From Haplodiscus bocki (taxonomy: Eukaryota), in contig OZ296656.1 of assembly GCA_965655095.1 (NCBI GenBank), positions 39,804,001-39,868,000 of the forward strand: a DNA stretch of 64,000 bases. The letters run 5' to 3'. Of this stretch, positions 62,301 to 64,000 are shown one piece after another (position 1 is the first letter of the stretch; the number at the start of each line of letters is the position of its first letter). Position numbers and translations under genes: made by a program. The notes under the pieces were generated by a model that saw only the letters and a program-made list of their open reading frames with translations, made no database searches and was not told the DNA's origin.

Positions 62301-63790
62301 ACAGGAAAAGCTCCTGGGTATGAGCCGATCGATATCTCCACTGCGAAAGAGTGCCAGGGAAAATAGCCCCACGAAAGATAGCACGGTAAAAGCTGCGCGA
62401 AAAGGTCCACGGGAAAAGCACATACCAAAAAGAGCACGAAAAAAGACCCTACCAAACAGTGCAGGTAAAAAGTTCCTGCAAAGAATTGCACAGACGAAAC
62501 CCTTGCGAAAGAGCGCACAAAAAAAGCCCCCCGCAAATGCTCCCATTGAAGTCTTTCCTGCAAAAAATTGCACGGAGAAAGACCCGGAAAAAATTGAACC
62601 AAAAATCCACCCCGCAGAGAGAACACTGTAAACGACCTCGCGAAAGAGTCCATGGAAACCGTCCATGCGGAAGTTTGCGCGGAAGGTGCACCGGGGAATA
62701 ACCCATGGGGAAAGCCCTGCAAAGGAGCGTGCCGAAAAAGCTTTGCGAAAGAAGGCGCGGAGAAGAGGCCTTGCACAAAAGCGCAAGGCAAAAACGCCTG
62801 CGATAAGGCGCCAGCAAAATTGATCTGCCGGAAAGCTCACGGAGGAAAGCACTGAATAACACGCACGAAGAAGCTCCTGGGAAAGAGGGCACGCAAAAAA
62901 CCACTCCAAAGATGCGCACGGATAAAGCTACGGAGGATGAGCCCATGGATACCTCCGTTGCGAAAGAAAGCCCGGGGAAAAAGCCCCCGCAAAAAACCCC
63001 TTGTAGGTTGTTCATGCGAAAATTTTCACGGAAGCTTGCAAAGGAGGTATCCCTTGGGAAAAAGCCCAAGGGAAAAATCGTGCTAAAGATCGCACACAGA
63101 ATGGTTCTGCGGAAAAGTGCGCGGGAGCAACCCTAAAAAAACACACTGAAAAAACCATTGCAAAAGAGCGCACGGAAATGTGCCCTGCAAAGAAACGCAC
63201 GCAAAAAGTTCAGGGGGATGAGCCCATGGATATCTCCGCTGCGAAAGACTGCACGGTAAAACACGCCCCAAGAAGAGCAGAAAAAAGTCCCCCCCCCCGC
63301 AAAAAAAACCCACGGTAAAACGACTTACGAAAAAGTGCACGAAAAAAACCCTTACAAAATACAGCAGATAAAATGTTCCTCCGAAAGAGCGCAGGAAAAA
63401 AAACCCTTGCAAAAAAGTCTCGGAAAAAACTCAGCGATAAAGCGCACGGAAAGAGGCACTGCTAAATAGCGTTCGGAAATAGCCCCAACGAAGGAGCTTA
63501 TGGATATCTGCCTTGCAGAAAAGTGCAGGATAAAAGCTCCACATGAGAGAGTGTAAAAAGACCCTACCAAACAGTGCAAGTAAAAAAATCCTGCATAGAA
63601 TTGCACAGACAAATCCCTTGCGAAAGAGCGCACAAAAAAAGCCCCCCGCAAATGCTCCCATTGAAGTCTCCCCTGCAAATAATTGCACGGAGAAAGACCT
63701 GGAAAAAATTGAACCAAAAATCCACCCCCCAGAGAGAACACTGTAAACGACCTCGCGAAAGAGTCCATGGAAACCGTCCATGCGGAAGTT
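50350..63790 (+). repeat. 4699-bp higher-order repeat (1792 + 1792 + 1115), ~2.9 near-identical copies
   Basis: ORFs offset by exactly 4699: 50612/55311/60010, 51462/56161/60860, 52404/57103/61802, 53254/57953/62652, 54369/59068/63767. Confidence 0.93.
53254..54368 (+). repeat. 1115-bp unit variant (26 + 201 + 457-bp deletions); other copies at 57953-59067 and 62652-63766
   Basis: All three junctions are present (~53578, ~53637, ~54156). 1792-26-201-457 plus ~7 bp gained in between (longer homopolymer runs) = 1115. Confidence 0.9.
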
Positions 63791-64000
63791 TGCACGGAAG
63801 ATGCACCGGGGAATAACCCATGGGGAATGCCCTGCAAAAGAGCGTGCCGAAAAAGCTTTGCGAAAGAAGGCGCGGAAAAGAGGCCCTGCACAAAAGCGCA
63901 AGGCAAAAACGCCTGCGATAGGGCGCCAGCAATATTGATCTGCCGGAAAACGCACGGAGGAAAGCACTAAGTAAAACGCACGAGGAAGCTACTGGGAAAG

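Larger units (their letters stand above)
1..64000 (+). repeat. Tandem macrosatellite array, ~43 units (full unit ~1792 bp plus deletion variants), built from degenerate ~27-bp monomers; appears to continue past both window edges
   Basis: The landmark ATGGAAACCGTCCATG recurs at 446, 2403, 3742, 5077, 6413, 7750, 9089, 10426, 11533, 12872, 13979, 15319, 16658, 17766, 19106, 20443, 21779, 23113, 24450, 26245, 27585, 28922, 30716, 32269, 33820, 35611, 37403, 39197, 40763, 42554, 44346, 46112, 47878, 49670, 51462, 53254, 54369, 56161, 57953, 59068, 60860, 62652, 63767. No non-repeat sequence is seen between them. Confidence 0.98.

Noticed and set aside
50350-63790. Array or HORs as a pure assembly artefact
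   Set aside because: Copies carry distinct, hierarchically shared SNPs and indels. Single-base homopolymer differences may still be sequencing errors, and exact copy number needs read support.
1-64000. rDNA/IGS, tRNA/5S/snRNA tandem array, LTR or transposon tandem array, or telomeric repeat
   Set aside because: I could not recognise any RNA gene sequence, terminal repeats, target-site duplications, transposase/RT motifs or short telomeric motifs. The whole unit appears to decompose into 27-bp monomers. An Infernal/Dfam search would be the formal test.

Overview
The whole 64 kb window is one uninterrupted head-to-tail tandem satellite (macrosatellite) array, all in the same orientation. I found no credible genes, RNA genes, transposons or CRISPR arrays. 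It has three levels of organisation. (1) A degenerate ~27-bp monomer, consensus ~TGCGAAAGAGCGCACGGAAAAAGCCCC, with a second monomer family ~GAGGATGAGCCCATGGATATCTCCACT. (2) About 66 such monomers form a ~1792-bp unit. A landmark in the unit (CC-ATGGAAACCGTCCATG, the 'METVH' ORF start) occurs 43 times from 446 to 63767. Unit lengths are ~1792, 1766, 1566, 1552, 1337, 1115, 1107 and one 1957 bp. They arise from five recurrent deletions (26, 201, 243, 457, ~668 bp) and one ~617-bp duplication, most with breakpoints in monomer register. (3) Combinations of these units are duplicated as higher-order repeats (HORs) of 2446, ~4472 and 4699 bp, plus a block recurring at ~6230 bp. Two SNP subfamilies form layered domains: ~1337-bp units at ~1.4-24.9 kb, and ~1792-bp units at the left edge and from ~25 kb on. 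Short gene-conversion-like patches are exchanged between them. The + strand is A-rich and T-poor, which explains the hundreds of spurious ORFs. CpG is abundant. The source is most likely eukaryotic (peri)centromeric or heterochromatic satellite DNA (inference). I cannot name the organism or the satellite family. All lengths were counted by hand from the sequence and ORF coordinates and are accurate to a few bp.
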